A stretch of 64,000 nt of DNA from Blastocatellia bacterium (GCA_035575515.1 DATLXU010000067.1:6519-70518); one strand, 5' to 3'; positions 9,388-19,381 are shown, numbered from the stretch's first letter. The notes: a model not told the origin generated them from the sequence alone. Made by a program: numbers and translations.

Positions 9388-10515
9388 ATGGAAACGTTCG
9401 ACTGCGTGATAACTGGCGCGGGGATTATGGGCGCGGCTGCGGCCTGTGAAGCCGCGCGCGAGGGCGCACGTGTCGCGCTAATGGATCAGACCGCGATTCC
9501 TAACCCGCGAGCCGCGTCCGTAGATCATTCAAAAGTATTTCGTTTCGCGTATCCAGACTCGCTCTACGTTCGGCTGGCAATTGACGCGCTCGCGCGATGG
9601 CGCGCGCTTGAACAGGAAACGGGTGCGCGACTGTTGACTGAAACTGGATTGTTGATGATAGGCCAGACTTCGTCAGCGTTTGAAATTCAATCTTTTGAAA
9701 CGCTGCGCTCGCTTGGCTGCGAAGCCGAGATGCTTGATGGTCGCGAAGCGACGCGGCGATTCCCTCAGTTCAACGCCGATGCTTTTCCTTTTGCGGTTTA
9801 TGATCCAAGCGGCGCGATTCTTCAGGCAGAGCAAGCCCTGCGCGCTCTTGTTAAGCTTGCTCGTAATCGCGGCGTGACCGTTATCGAAAATCAGCGAGCA
9901 GTTGAAATCAAACAGAGAGAGAGCAAGCGCGTGTTGATTGTGAGCGACGGCGGCAAGAAGCTTAAGTGCAAGCGGGCGATGATCGCTTCAGGTCCGTGGA
10001 CGCGAAAGCTGCTCCCCGTTCTGGATGATAAACTCACGACTACGCTTCAGGAGATTGTTTATTTCGAGCCGCACGATTCGCAAATGAATTTCGAGCCGGG
10101 CGCGTTTCCGATCTTCATCGAGCTTACGAGCGGGTTTTATGGCTTCCCTGTTCATCACGCGAGGGCGATGAAGATAGCCAATCATCACAAAGGCCCGCCA
10201 ATTGATCCATATTCATTTGACGAGCAGGTTAGTGATGATTTTATTCAAAGGTGCCGCGCGTTCTTTTCCGAGTTCATTCCGCATCTCGCCGAGGCAACGG
10301 TGAAAGAGACTCGCGTGTGCATATACAATAACACGAGGGATGACGACTTTATCATTGACTGGCACACGGAGATTGAAAACGCGCTCATCGTGACGGGCTT
10401 TTCAGGTCACGGCTTCAAGTTCGCAACGACCATTGGCCGCATCGGCGCAGAGCTATTGCTTTCAGGCCGGACCGAATTCGACATCGAGCGATTCAGCCTC
10501 GCGCGATTCCGTTAA
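9388..10515 (+). CDS. FAD-dependent oxidoreductase (DAO family; monomeric sarcosine oxidase / N-methyltryptophan oxidase-like)
   Basis: N-terminal dinucleotide-binding motif VITGAGIMGAAAA, size and C-terminal GHGFKF motif. Confidence 0.7.
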   Translation: METFDCVITGAGIMGAAAACEAAREGARVALMDQTAIPNPRAASVDHSKVFRFAYPDSLYVRLAIDALARWRALEQETGARLLTETGLLMIGQTSSAFEIQSFETLRSLGCEAEMLDGREATRRFPQFNADAFPFAVYDPSGAILQAEQALRALVKLARNRGVTVIENQRAVEIKQRESKRVLIVSDGGKKLKCKRAMIASGPWTRKLLPVLDDKLTTTLQEIVYFEPHDSQMNFEPGAFPIFIELTSGFYGFPVHHARAMKIANHHKGPPIDPYSFDEQVSDDFIQRCRAFFSEFIPHLAEATVKETRVCIYNNTRDDDFIIDWHTEIENALIVTGFSGHGFKFATTIGRIGAELLLSGRTEFDIERFSLARFR

Positions 10516-10532
10516 AAAGAGCAGGCGACAAA

Positions 10533-11279
10533 ATGAAAATTCTTTCGGGGGGCGCGGCAGTAATCGCAGGCGGCGCGTTCACACAAACGGAAGGCGCGCG
10601 CCGCTATCGCACGCCTGTCTCTCGCGCGATGGGAGCGCGCGACATCGTTCAAACCATCAGCCTGTACTCGCGCGGCTTTGCGGCGGCGCGCAGAAATCGG
10701 ACGAGCGAGGAAGTGCTTTACGTCACGCGCGGCGAAGGCGTTTGTCATATTGACGGGCACGCTTACGCGCTCGCGCCGGGCATGGCCGCATTCATTCCTA
10801 CAGCGAGCGTTTACAGAATAGAAAACACTGGCGAAAGCGATCTTGAAATCGTGAGCGTCTGCTGCCCTGAAGATGAGCAAGCGGAAATCGTAGAGGCTGA
10901 AATGAGAGGCGAGCCGAATGAAACAAAACCGATTCGCACGGTTCACGAAGCAGATCAAAAGCCGATTCCAACGGGCGACCGCACATTCAAGCTGTTAATC
11001 AGTCACGAACAGGGCGCAAGCCGCGTCACTCAATTCATCGGCGTCATTCCGCCGGGCCGCGCATCCATGCATCATCACACTTACGAAGAAGCGATTTACA
11101 TTATCGAAGGCAGAGGCCGCGTCTGGACTGATGGCGGAAGCGCGGAGTTTGAAGCGGGCGCGAGCATTTACCTTCCGCGCGGCGTGAGCCATTCGCTTGA
11201 AAACACCGGCGCGACTGACATCCGATTGCTCGGCGTCTTTCACCCATCGGGCAGCCCCGCCGCGCGGTATGACGATTGA
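10533..11279 (+). CDS. bicupin domain protein
   Basis: Two cupin-like repeats (GEGVCHIDGHAYALAPGMAAFIP and HHHTYEEAIYIIEGRGRVWTDG). Confidence 0.55.
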   Translation: MKILSGGAAVIAGGAFTQTEGARRYRTPVSRAMGARDIVQTISLYSRGFAAARRNRTSEEVLYVTRGEGVCHIDGHAYALAPGMAAFIPTASVYRIENTGESDLEIVSVCCPEDEQAEIVEAEMRGEPNETKPIRTVHEADQKPIPTGDRTFKLLISHEQGASRVTQFIGVIPPGRASMHHHTYEEAIYIIEGRGRVWTDGGSAEFEAGASIYLPRGVSHSLENTGATDIRLLGVFHPSGSPAARYDD

Positions 11280-11299
11280 TTGCTTTAATGGAAACAAAA

Positions 11300-11331
11300 A
11301 GCGCGCGAAAGGTATTGAACCCTCGCGCGCT
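11300..11331. terminator. bidirectional hairpin AGCGCGCGA-N14-TCGCGCGCT between convergent genes
   Basis: Seen directly; perfect 9-bp stem. Confidence 0.4.
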
Positions 11332-11355
11332 CCACAATTGAATTTTGCCCATGGG

Positions 11356-11518
11356 TTATCTTCTGATCAGGTGATCGTCGCAGGCGTTGCAATCATATTC
11401 GCTATGAAGATGGCAGAACTCCGCGTCGGGCGCTTCGTTGATGGGATTATGCGGACACACCGTCCAGAACTGCGATTCGTCAACCGACTTTCCACACTTC
11501 TTGCACTTGATAATCACG
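11356..11518 (-). CDS. small Cys-rich zinc-ribbon protein (53 aa)
   Basis: GGAGGG Shine-Dalgarno 6 nt upstream of a GTG start. VIIKCKKCGK...CPHNP...CHLH...CNACDDH suggests two CxxC-type metal sites. The longest ORF extends to 11598. Confidence 0.45.
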
Positions 11519-11855
11519 ATTGGTTTCCCTCCGTTAAAATGAAATTGACGTAAGAAAACGAGAGCAGGTGATCGAGCGTCTGGCCGCGCTTGCTGCAAAG
11601 CAAGCCTGACCTGGCCGGTTGCTGCCGGGTGGGCTTCAGCTATTCAATATGAATGAGTGGGAATAGCTCGAAAACAGTTCGGTTGCCCTAACCCTTTGTT
11701 GTTCGCCTGTGAGCGGCCTCGTCCCGATTATCCTTCTCGCGCGTTTTTGTCCACCCCTAACAATGACGCGCGGTAAGCCGTATGACTTATCGCGCGCTGT
11801 AAACGATACGAACGAGATTATTTTAAGATGCCTGTAAAGAGTTTGACAACCGCCT

Positions 11856-12446
11856 TCACAGTTTCGCCAGCGTAAGCCCCTTCTGGTCTTGATACTTCCC
11901 GCCGCGGTCGCTGTAACTCGTCTCGCACTCCTCGTCAGATTCAAAAAAGAGAATCTGAATGAATCCTTCTTCGGCGTAGAGCCGCACGGGCAGGTTCGCG
12001 GCGTTGTAAAGCTCTACGACGAGCCGCCCGCGCCAGTTCGCTTCAAGCGGAGTTGTGTTGGCTATCAATCCCGAACGCGCATACGTGCTTTTCCCGATCG
12101 CCAGAGCCGTCACGTTGCGCGGCATGTTGAATCGCTCGATTGTTACGCCCAACGCGTAAGAGTGCGGTGGCAGCAGCCAGTAATCCGAGCCGTCTTCGGC
12201 GCGGCGAAGCGGCACGTCGAGCAGACTGTTCGCGTCGAAGTTCTTCGGGTCTATCTCGGTCCCGGTCACGGGCGAAAAGACTTTGAATTCGTCGCGCGAC
12301 AACCGGCAGTCGTAACCGTAACTCGAAAGCCCGCAGCTTATGATGCGGCGGTCATTAACACGACGAACCAGCTTCTCTTCATAAGGCTCAATCAATCCAT
12401 GCTCGCGGCACATCCGCTTTATCCAAACGTCCGACTTGATAGCCAT
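11856..12446 (-). CDS. dcd: dCTP deaminase
   Basis: MAIKSDVWIKRMCREHGLIEPY closely parallels the Dcd N-terminus. The conserved fold continues through the ORF. The longest ORF extends to 12554. Confidence 0.85.
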   Translation of the reverse strand: MAIKSDVWIKRMCREHGLIEPYEEKLVRRVNDRRIISCGLSSYGYDCRLSRDEFKVFSPVTGTEIDPKNFDANSLLDVPLRRAEDGSDYWLLPPHSYALGVTIERFNMPRNVTALAIGKSTYARSGLIANTTPLEANWRGRLVVELYNAANLPVRLYAEEGFIQILFFESDEECETSYSDRGGKYQDQKGLTLAKL

Positions 12447-12561
12447 CCGCCCCCCTCCAAGTTGATTGCCGTGATTAGAACAGGCGAGAAATTTAGCCGC
12501 CGCCCGACGCGAAGTCAAATCGCAGAATTCAGTAGATACAATCCCGTGAGCCAACCCGCCA

Positions 12562-13702
12562 TCACACGGCTGGCGCGTTTACAAAATCATCCGCGCTCTC
12601 GCCGCGCCCGGCCTTGCTTTTATAAATGAGATACTGCTTGATGAATTCGTCAATGTCTCCGTCAAGGACCGCGTCAACATCGGACGTTTCATATTTCGTG
12701 CGCACGTCTTTGACGAGCCGGTACGGATGCAGGACATAGTTTCGTATCTGCGAGCCAAAGGAGATGTCGCGCTTCGATTCTTCTAGTTGAGCAGTCTCGG
12801 CGCGGCGCTTCTCCATCTCAAGCTCGTAAAGCCGCGACTTCAAGATTCGCATCGCCACTTCGCGGTTCTGATGCTGCGAGCGCTGATTCTGACAGGTCAC
12901 AACTATTCCTGTCGGCAGATGAGTGATTCGCACAGCCGAATCAGTAACGTTGACGTGCTGGCCGCCCGCGCCCGACGAGCGATATGTGTCGACGCGCAGG
13001 TCCTTCTCGTTAATGTCAATCTCAACATCTTCTTCGATCTCAGGATAGACAAAGACCGACGCGAAGCTCGTCTCGCGGCTCGAACCCGCGTTGAACGGGC
13101 TGAGGCGCACGAGGCGATGCACACCCGCTTCGGCAGCCATCAACCCGTAGGCGTACTCGCCCGACAGGGTGAAGGTCGCAGATTTTATCCCTGCCTCTTT
13201 GCCCGGCTGCTCGTCAATGACTTCGGTCTTGAACCCGTGACGCTCGGCCCATCGCAGGTACATCCTCAACAACATCTCGGCCCAGTCCTGCGCGTCGGTC
13301 CCGCCCGCGCCCGCGTTGATAGTGACTATCGCATCGCGCGCATCGTTCGGGCCTGACAGCAACATCTCTGTCTCGGTCTCTTCGACTTCGCGCTCAAGCC
13401 GTTCAATCAATGCTCGAAGCTCATTTAGAGAGCTTTCATCTTCTGTGGCGAACTCGATCAAGACCGCTGCATCGTCAACGTCGCGCTTGAACTGGTCCGC
13501 GCGCTCGATTGCAGCTTCCAATCGGCTGCGTCGGCGCAGCACTTTCTGAGCGCGCTCCGGGTCGCTCCAAAAATCCGGCTTCGTGGTTTCTTCTTCTATC
13601 TTCGCAAGCTCGCTGCGTTTCGCGTCGGCGTCAAAGAAACCTCCGCAGCTCGGCTGCGCGCGCCGCAAGCTCTTCGTATTTCTGTCTCAGTTCTTCAATC
13701 AT
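12562..13702 (-). CDS. prfB: peptide chain release factor 2, expressed through a programmed +1 ribosomal frameshift (shift site at about 13631-13636)
   Basis: Frame 0 is ATG 13702, MIEELRQKYEELAARAAELRRFL, then in-frame TGA within CTT TGA C preceded by GGAGG. The +1 frame continues DADAKRSELAKIEEE... with the RF2 SPF and GGQ (SGAGGQHVN) motifs. Confidence 0.9.
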
Positions 13703-13720
13703 AATCAACTCCCGCGAATA

Positions 13721-13811
13721 GTGAATCGTAAATCGTAAATCGCGAATTGCAGTTGAGGGCAGGCGATTGCCGTTGTTTACAGCTTATTGCGATTCCCGAT
13801 TTATGATTTAC
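13721..13811. repeat. heptamer-built palindrome (GTGAATC GTAAATC GTAAATC GCGAATT ... GCGATTC CCGATTT ATGATTT AC)
   Basis: Seen directly between the lnt stop and the prfB start. Confidence 0.55.
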
Positions 13812-15631
13812 CGCTCATGCTCTCTTTTCGGCAGTATCGAAACAATCACAAGCGTGATGCTTAACACCGCGCACGCGACGGCAAACACGTCGCCGTAGCG
13901 CGTGTAAAAAGTCAAAGAGTCGCCTCGCGCTTCGTCAACCGTCTTTATATTCCACAGCCGCGTCGTCTGCTCGAACATCGGCGTTTCATCGCGCACGATG
14001 CCGTAGCGGTCTATGCGCGCCGACAGCCCTGAATTTGTCGAGCGTATCAACTCAACATTGTTTTCAACCGCGCGAAACACCGCGCACGCGAGCATCTGTC
14101 GCGGAGCCGCGCCCGGGCCGAACCACAGTTCGTTTGAAATCTGCACGAGCGCAGTCGCTCCTTCGAGGCGAAGCCTGCGCACGATGTCAGGTCTCGTGGC
14201 TTCAAAACAGATTGCTGTTCCCAGTCGCGCTCCCGCGACATCGCCAAGCGTGAAGCTCGCGCCCGGAGTGATGTCGGCTACGAGCGCAGGTATTTTGTCC
14301 ATGAAAGGAAGCCAACTGCGCGCGGGAACGTACTCTCCGAAAGGAACCAAAGCAATCTTATCATACTCAAAAATCTTCCGGCCATCGGGCGCAATCGCGA
14401 GCGCGCTGTTGTATCGCGCATCAATCGTGTCGTCTTTGGGGAAGCCCCAACTGTTCATCAACAGAAAAACATTATTGCTGCTTGTGAATTCTGAGATTGT
14501 GCGTTGCAACTCGAAATCGCGGTCGTATTCAAAATTCATCGGCGATTCGGGCCAGATGACCACATCAACTCCCGCGCGGCGAAGCTGGCCGCCTGTCGCA
14601 TTGGAATCGCTTATTGAACGCGCGCCGGCTTCTCCCGAAGCAGCCTGTTTGGCTTTGTCTTGAATAGCTCGATTCGACAGCGCGATGAAATCTTCCACTG
14701 TTACAGGCCCGACTTCTATCGGCACGTCCGGTTGAATGATTGCTACCGTGACAGACCCCGCTTCTTCCTTCTCCGGCCTGAGCGATTCGCCGTAGATGAC
14801 CGTCAGTATCGCTATCACGCCTGCAGCCGTCAGCACTATAATGCCGCGCCGCCGCTCAAGGTAGATGAGTGCGAAGACAAGCGCCGTGCTTGCCGCAACC
14901 ATGATTGCGCTGACAAGGTAAACGCCGCCCAGTCGCGCCACTTGAATCACCGCCGGTTGAAACGCTTGAGAGTAGCCGAGCGCGTTCCATCCCACGCCCG
15001 TGATTTCCAATCGCGCCCATTCGCTTGCAGCCCAAAGCACCGGCGCTGAAAGAATCGCCCATCCTCGAAATCGCTTTATCGCAAGAGCCAACGCTCCGGC
15101 AAACAATCCCGTGAAGATGCTGAGCGCCGATGCGAACACAGTCGTGATTACATAAGAAAGCCACAACGGTATCTCGCCATAGTTGTGCATCGAATGCGTG
15201 ACCCAGTAGGATGAGCCTACATAAAAGATTGTGCCCGCGACGTAGCCCAACAGCAGCGAGCGCCAGAATCTCTGCTCGCGCACGACGGCCATAATCAGCG
15301 GAGCGGTGCATACCCAGCCTAATGACCACCAGTTCCATTCCGGAAACGCAAAGACGAGCAGCAGCCCTGAAAAGATCGCCAGCAGCAGGTTGCTTATGAA
15401 TGGCGGCGAGGCGCTCTGGTAGGGAATGACTTTCGACACGCGAAAGCGGGCGGCCAGCAAATCCTCGTGCGCGTAAACGGGCGGCGCGGCTTCTTCTTGA
15501 TGCTGAACACAGCAGTGTGAATGATGAACAAAGGAGGAAAAACCCTGAAAGGTAAACGCAGGCCGGATTATGTTGAGCAAAGCATTACGCACAGAATCAT
15601 TTTTATCACATCTTGATTCATCATTCATCAT
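13808..15631 (-). CDS. lnt: apolipoprotein N-acyltransferase
   Basis: N-terminal polytopic membrane domain plus C-terminal nitrilase-type CN-hydrolase domain (VVIWPES, ICFE). The first ~64 residues of the longest ORF are non-membrane. A GTG at 15439 gives a typical 544-aa Lnt. Confidence 0.8.
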   Translation of the reverse strand: MMNDESRCDKNDSVRNALLNIIRPAFTFQGFSSFVHHSHCCVQHQEEAAPPVYAHEDLLAARFRVSKVIPYQSASPPFISNLLLAIFSGLLLVFAFPEWNWWSLGWVCTAPLIMAVVREQRFWRSLLLGYVAGTIFYVGSSYWVTHSMHNYGEIPLWLSYVITTVFASALSIFTGLFAGALALAIKRFRGWAILSAPVLWAASEWARLEITGVGWNALGYSQAFQPAVIQVARLGGVYLVSAIMVAASTALVFALIYLERRRGIIVLTAAGVIAILTVIYGESLRPEKEEAGSVTVAIIQPDVPIEVGPVTVEDFIALSNRAIQDKAKQAASGEAGARSISDSNATGGQLRRAGVDVVIWPESPMNFEYDRDFELQRTISEFTSSNNVFLLMNSWGFPKDDTIDARYNSALAIAPDGRKIFEYDKIALVPFGEYVPARSWLPFMDKIPALVADITPGASFTLGDVAGARLGTAICFEATRPDIVRRLRLEGATALVQISNELWFGPGAAPRQMLACAVFRAVENNVELIRSTNSGLSARIDRYGIVRDETPMFEQTTRLWNIKTVDEARGDSLTFYTRYGDVFAVACAVLSITLVIVSILPKREHER

Positions 15632-16537
15632 TCAGCGTTCAGCGTTCGCCTCATCATGCACCATTTCAGCCATAAATGAGCTGCGCACGAGCGGGCCTGA
15701 GAAGACCGCGCGGAAGCCTAGCCGCTCGCCCCACTCGCGGTACTCGTCGAACACACGGGGATGAACGTACTCTTCAACAGGCAGATGGCGGCGCGTGGGC
15801 TGTAGGTACTGGCCTATGGTCACAACATCAACTTCGTGCGCGCGAAGGTCTTCGAGCAATGCGCGCACCTCGTCACGCGTTTCGCCAAGCCCGACCATGA
15901 ATCCTGATTTCGTAAGCACTCGCGGCGCATAACGTCGCGCGTTGAGCAGCACGTCCAGCGATTGTTGATAGTCGGCCTGCGGGCGCACGCGGCGATATAA
16001 GCGCGGCACAGTCTCTACGTTATGATTAAAAGTATCTGGCGCTGCATCCAGCACCATGCGAAGCGCAGCCTCGTCGCCTTTGAAATCAGGCGTGAGCACT
16101 TCAATCTTCGCCTGCGGCAAACGGCGGCGCACGGCCTGAATCGTCTTTGCAAAATGAGTCGCGCCGCCGTCCGTAAGCTCATCGCGATTAACCGAGGTGA
16201 TTACGACGTAGCGGAGATTCAATTGAGCCGCAGCTTCTGCTACCTGCTCAGGCTCGGCGGCGAGCGACTCTATTGGCAGCCCGCGACCTGTTTTGACGGA
16301 GCAGAATCCGCAACTGCGCGAGCAGATGTCGCCTAAGATCATGAAAGTCGCCGCGCCGCGCGCGAAGCAATCATTGCGATTCGGGCAGCGAGCTTCTTCG
16401 CACACGGTGTGAAGCCCGCGAGTGCGAAGCATCTTTTTAATATTGTGATCGGCTTCGACGTTTCGCTTCGGCTTGCGAAGCCACTCAGGGAGTCGCGGCC
16501 CTGCTTTCGGTTGGAGTCCTTCGAGTTGAATCAGCAT
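15632..16537 (-). CDS. lipA: lipoyl synthase
   Basis: CEEARCPNRNDC and radical-SAM CGFCSV cysteine motifs, with overall LipA collinearity. Confidence 0.9.
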   Translation of the reverse strand: MLIQLEGLQPKAGPRLPEWLRKPKRNVEADHNIKKMLRTRGLHTVCEEARCPNRNDCFARGAATFMILGDICSRSCGFCSVKTGRGLPIESLAAEPEQVAEAAAQLNLRYVVITSVNRDELTDGGATHFAKTIQAVRRRLPQAKIEVLTPDFKGDEAALRMVLDAAPDTFNHNVETVPRLYRRVRPQADYQQSLDVLLNARRYAPRVLTKSGFMVGLGETRDEVRALLEDLRAHEVDVVTIGQYLQPTRRHLPVEEYVHPRVFDEYREWGERLGFRAVFSGPLVRSSFMAEMVHDEANAER

Positions 16538-16680
16538 CTTGTCAGGGGTTAGGGGTCAGGGGTCGGTGATCGGTTGAGAGATTGGCCGTTGCCTTGAAAA
16601 TGGCTCTGGGAGCCTGTTTCAAGGATAACTATTATTCTTTCAACTGACCACCGATTACTGGCCGCTGACCACTAATTCTG
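16538..16680. repeat. heptamer-built imperfect palindrome (GTCAGGG GTTAGGG GTCAGGG GTCGGTG ... TGACCAC CGATTAC TGGCCGC TGACCAC)
   Basis: Seen directly between the SPOR-gene stop and the lipA start. Confidence 0.55.
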
Positions 16681-17079
16681 GTTCCATCGCTTGACTATCA
16701 CGCCCTTGCGCCCGTCTTTGCGAAGGTCCTCTGAGACTTGATCGGCGTCGCGCTTATCGAAAGGCCCGATGTTGACGTGATAAAGTCCGCTTTGATCGTT
16801 TGCATTCGGCGACTGCACGAACGCGCTTATGTACTTGCGGCGAAGTTCTGTCATCAGCTTCTTTGCCTCTTCATCCGTTCCGAACGAAGCGACGTGAACG
16901 ATGTAACGCGCCGCGCTGTCATTGCCGTTATTCCCCGCGCCGGGCGCGTTTGTTTTGTTCGCGTCGGTCGCAGGCGTAGAGTCCTGCTTGACGACATAGA
17001 GTCCGGCCCCGAACGCGCCAAGCAACAACACGATGCCCACTATGAAAATCGCTGCCACTTGTTTATTGCTCATTGCCAT
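16672..17079 (-). CDS. SPOR domain-containing membrane-anchored protein
   Basis: N-terminal TM anchor, Gly/Asn-rich linker, and a C-terminal YIVHVASF...LYHVNIGPF fold typical of SPOR. Confidence 0.55.
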   Translation of the reverse strand: MAMSNKQVAAIFIVGIVLLLGAFGAGLYVVKQDSTPATDANKTNAPGAGNNGNDSAARYIVHVASFGTDEEAKKLMTELRRKYISAFVQSPNANDQSGLYHVNIGPFDKRDADQVSEDLRKDGRKGVIVKRWNQN

Positions 17080-17086
17080 ATCTCAG

Positions 17087-17168
17087 GTTTCTAGTTTTTA
17101 GTTTCTGGTTCATCTGCTAGTTTCAACGGCTCGCTGCTTTTTGCGAAGCAAACCAGAAACTAGAAACC
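17087..17168. repeat. heptamer-built palindrome (GGTTTCT AGTTTTT AGTTTCT GGTT ... AACCAGA AACTAGA AACC)
   Basis: Seen directly between the SPFH stop and the SPOR start. Confidence 0.55.
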
Positions 17169-17172
17169 ATTA

Positions 17173-17979
17173 CTACGCGACTCCGAGCGGCTCGCGGGGC
17201 TGTCCTGCTATGGCCGTCTCCTTGCGCTTCAGGTTCAACAGAGAATCAATCATATCAAGCGGGAGCGGGAAAACGACAGTCGTATTTTGCTCCACCCCGA
17301 TTTCCGTCAGCGTCTGAAGATAACGCAACTGCACGGCGACAGGCTCCGCCGCGATTGTCTGCGCGGCTGCGAGCAGCTTCTCGGCGGCCTGGAACTCACC
17401 CTCGGCGTGAATGATCTTCGCGCGCTTTTCGCGCTCGGCTTCGGCCTGCTTCGACATGGCGCGGCGCATCTCCTGCGGCAGGTCGACGGCTTTGATTTCG
17501 ACCATCGAAACTTTTATGCCCCAAGGGTCTGTGTGCTTGTCGAGTATCTCCTGCAATCGCGCGTTCAACAACTCGCGCTCTGAAAGCAGCTCGTCAAGCT
17601 CGGCCTCGCCAAGAACCGAGCGCAGAGTCGTCTGCGATAGCTGAGAAGTCGCGTACAGGTAATTCTCAACCTCGACGACGGCGAGGCGCGGATCAATCAC
17701 GCGAAAGTAAACCACTGCGTTCACCGATACGGTCACGTTGTCGCGCGTGATGATGTCCTGCGGCGGAACGTCGAGCGCGACCGTGCGCAGACTCACGCGA
17801 ACGATGCGATCAATTGGCCGGAAAACGAGAATCAATCCCGGCCCTTTCGCTTGCGGCAGCAATCGCCCAAGTCGAAAGATCACTCCGCGCTCGTATTCGG
17901 GAATGATGTTGATGACGCTGAAAATGTATAGCAGCAGAATCGCGACTGCCACTAATGGCCCTAAGAATGTCTCCGGCAT
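17173..17979 (-). CDS. SPFH/band-7 (stomatin-like) family membrane protein
   Basis: N-terminal [14 protein letters not shown] start and a long SPFH core with coiled-coil tail. Confidence 0.8.
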   Translation of the reverse strand: MPETFLGPLVAVAILLLYIFSVINIIPEYERGVIFRLGRLLPQAKGPGLILVFRPIDRIVRVSLRTVALDVPPQDIITRDNVTVSVNAVVYFRVIDPRLAVVEVENYLYATSQLSQTTLRSVLGEAELDELLSERELLNARLQEILDKHTDPWGIKVSMVEIKAVDLPQEMRRAMSKQAEAEREKRAKIIHAEGEFQAAEKLLAAAQTIAAEPVAVQLRYLQTLTEIGVEQNTTVVFPLPLDMIDSLLNLKRKETAIAGQPREPLGVA

Positions 17980-18111
17980 AACTCACCTCCTATTCCAGAT
18001 TCATACAGCACTGAGGGAAAGACTCTGAATAAATCTGTGCTGTATGAATATACAACCATCGCGCCGTGAAGTGGTAGAAGATTTGTATGAACTGAATGGG
18101 CGGCGCGCGAC

Positions 18112-19296
18112 TTGAAATCGTTGCATCAAGTTGCAATCATTGCTCGCGCGTTTCAAACTGTGAAGGGAAAGAGTGTGTCAAACAAACTTGCCAAATTCGT
18201 TCAACTGATTGGCTCAACGCGCCGCGAAAGACGGCTCGGCACGGTGATACTGTTTGTCACTTCTCGATGCAATGCATTTTGCAGGACGTGCTTCTACTGG
18301 GACCATCTGAACCGGCCCGGCGACCTCACGCTTGAGCAGATCAAAAAAGTATCGCGCACGATGCCGCCGATAACCGACCTGTGGCTGTCGGGCGGCGAGC
18401 CTTCATTGCGCCGCGACGTCTCGGAAATCATAAACGAGTTTGTTACGAACAACGGCGTGAGCCGCGTGATTATTCCAACTAATGGGCTGGCTAAAACGCT
18501 CGTCCACAAGATGGTGGAGACGGCGCTCGCGCGCCACGCGATTGATCTTTACCTGAACATCGCGCTCGACGGCTACGGCAAGACGCACGACCGGATTAGA
18601 GGCGTGCCGGGACACTGGGAGAAGACGCTCGACTGCATTCGCTCGCTCTACCCGCTGAAAGAAAAATACGGCGACCGATTTCGATTGAACGTCAATACGG
18701 TCATCTGCGCCGAAAACTATACGGAGATCGAAAAGTTGGCTTCTTATCTTTGGGACAACTTCAATCTTGACGGTCAGTACTTCAACATCATTCGCGGCAC
18801 AACTCCCGTTGGCGACGAGATAAAACAGATTCCGGAAGATGCCCTGCCTGAGATTTACACGCTTGTGGCGCGACTGACGAAGATGTACGGCAACCGAATG
18901 TTTGCCAGCGACGATGCGCTTACGCGTTTCGTCAAGAACATCGCTTACGTCGGCGCGATAACGACACATTACCGGGTGCAGCACGCGAATTTTGAGAAGG
19001 CGAGCGCGTGGCCGTTTCCATGCACGGCTGGCGAGACGACGGCTGTGATTGATTACAATGGCGACGTGCGCGCCTGCGAGTTGCGCGAGCGGTTCGCGAC
19101 GCTCGCGGATTACAATTACGACTTTGGCGCGCTATGGAATGATGCGGCGCGTCAGCGAGAGCTACTGGCAATTGATGAAGGCCGCGCCTGCTGGTGCACA
19201 CATGTTTGTTTCATTCACGACTCGATGCGCCACTCGCGCCGCGCGCTGCTCGTCGAAGTTCCGAAGAGTTACCTCCGGCGGGAAAGCTGGAGATAG
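18112..19296 (+). CDS. radical SAM protein with C-terminal SPASM/twitch-type auxiliary Fe-S domain
   Basis: CNAFCRTC (Cx3Cx2C), then C-terminal C...GDVRAC...CWCTHVC cysteine clusters. TTG start; true start uncertain. Confidence 0.7.
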   Translation: MKSLHQVAIIARAFQTVKGKSVSNKLAKFVQLIGSTRRERRLGTVILFVTSRCNAFCRTCFYWDHLNRPGDLTLEQIKKVSRTMPPITDLWLSGGEPSLRRDVSEIINEFVTNNGVSRVIIPTNGLAKTLVHKMVETALARHAIDLYLNIALDGYGKTHDRIRGVPGHWEKTLDCIRSLYPLKEKYGDRFRLNVNTVICAENYTEIEKLASYLWDNFNLDGQYFNIIRGTTPVGDEIKQIPEDALPEIYTLVARLTKMYGNRMFASDDALTRFVKNIAYVGAITTHYRVQHANFEKASAWPFPCTAGETTAVIDYNGDVRACELRERFATLADYNYDFGALWNDAARQRELLAIDEGRACWCTHVCFIHDSMRHSRRALLVEVPKSYLRRESWR

Positions 19297-19381
19297 AACA
19301 AAACACGGAAACGCGGGGGGCACGGAGATAACACGGAAAGAATGGTTGCTGAGACTCTATGTTATCTCAGCGTCTCGGCGC

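Noticed and set aside
11585-11625. Possible SRP (4.5S) RNA, based on a CCAGGUCAGG decamer plus hairpin
   Set aside because: Only the 5' half of the conserved domain-IV motif is present. The 3' AGCAGCC strand and the GNRA loop are absent. GGTCAGG is also a recurrent heptamer of this genome's repeat family.
18096-18335. 79-aa Cys-rich ORF as a RiPP precursor
   Set aside because: It overlaps the first 75 codons of the rSAM gene in another frame. Such frames are common in GC-rich DNA, and no independent support exists. I kept it only as a flagged possibility.
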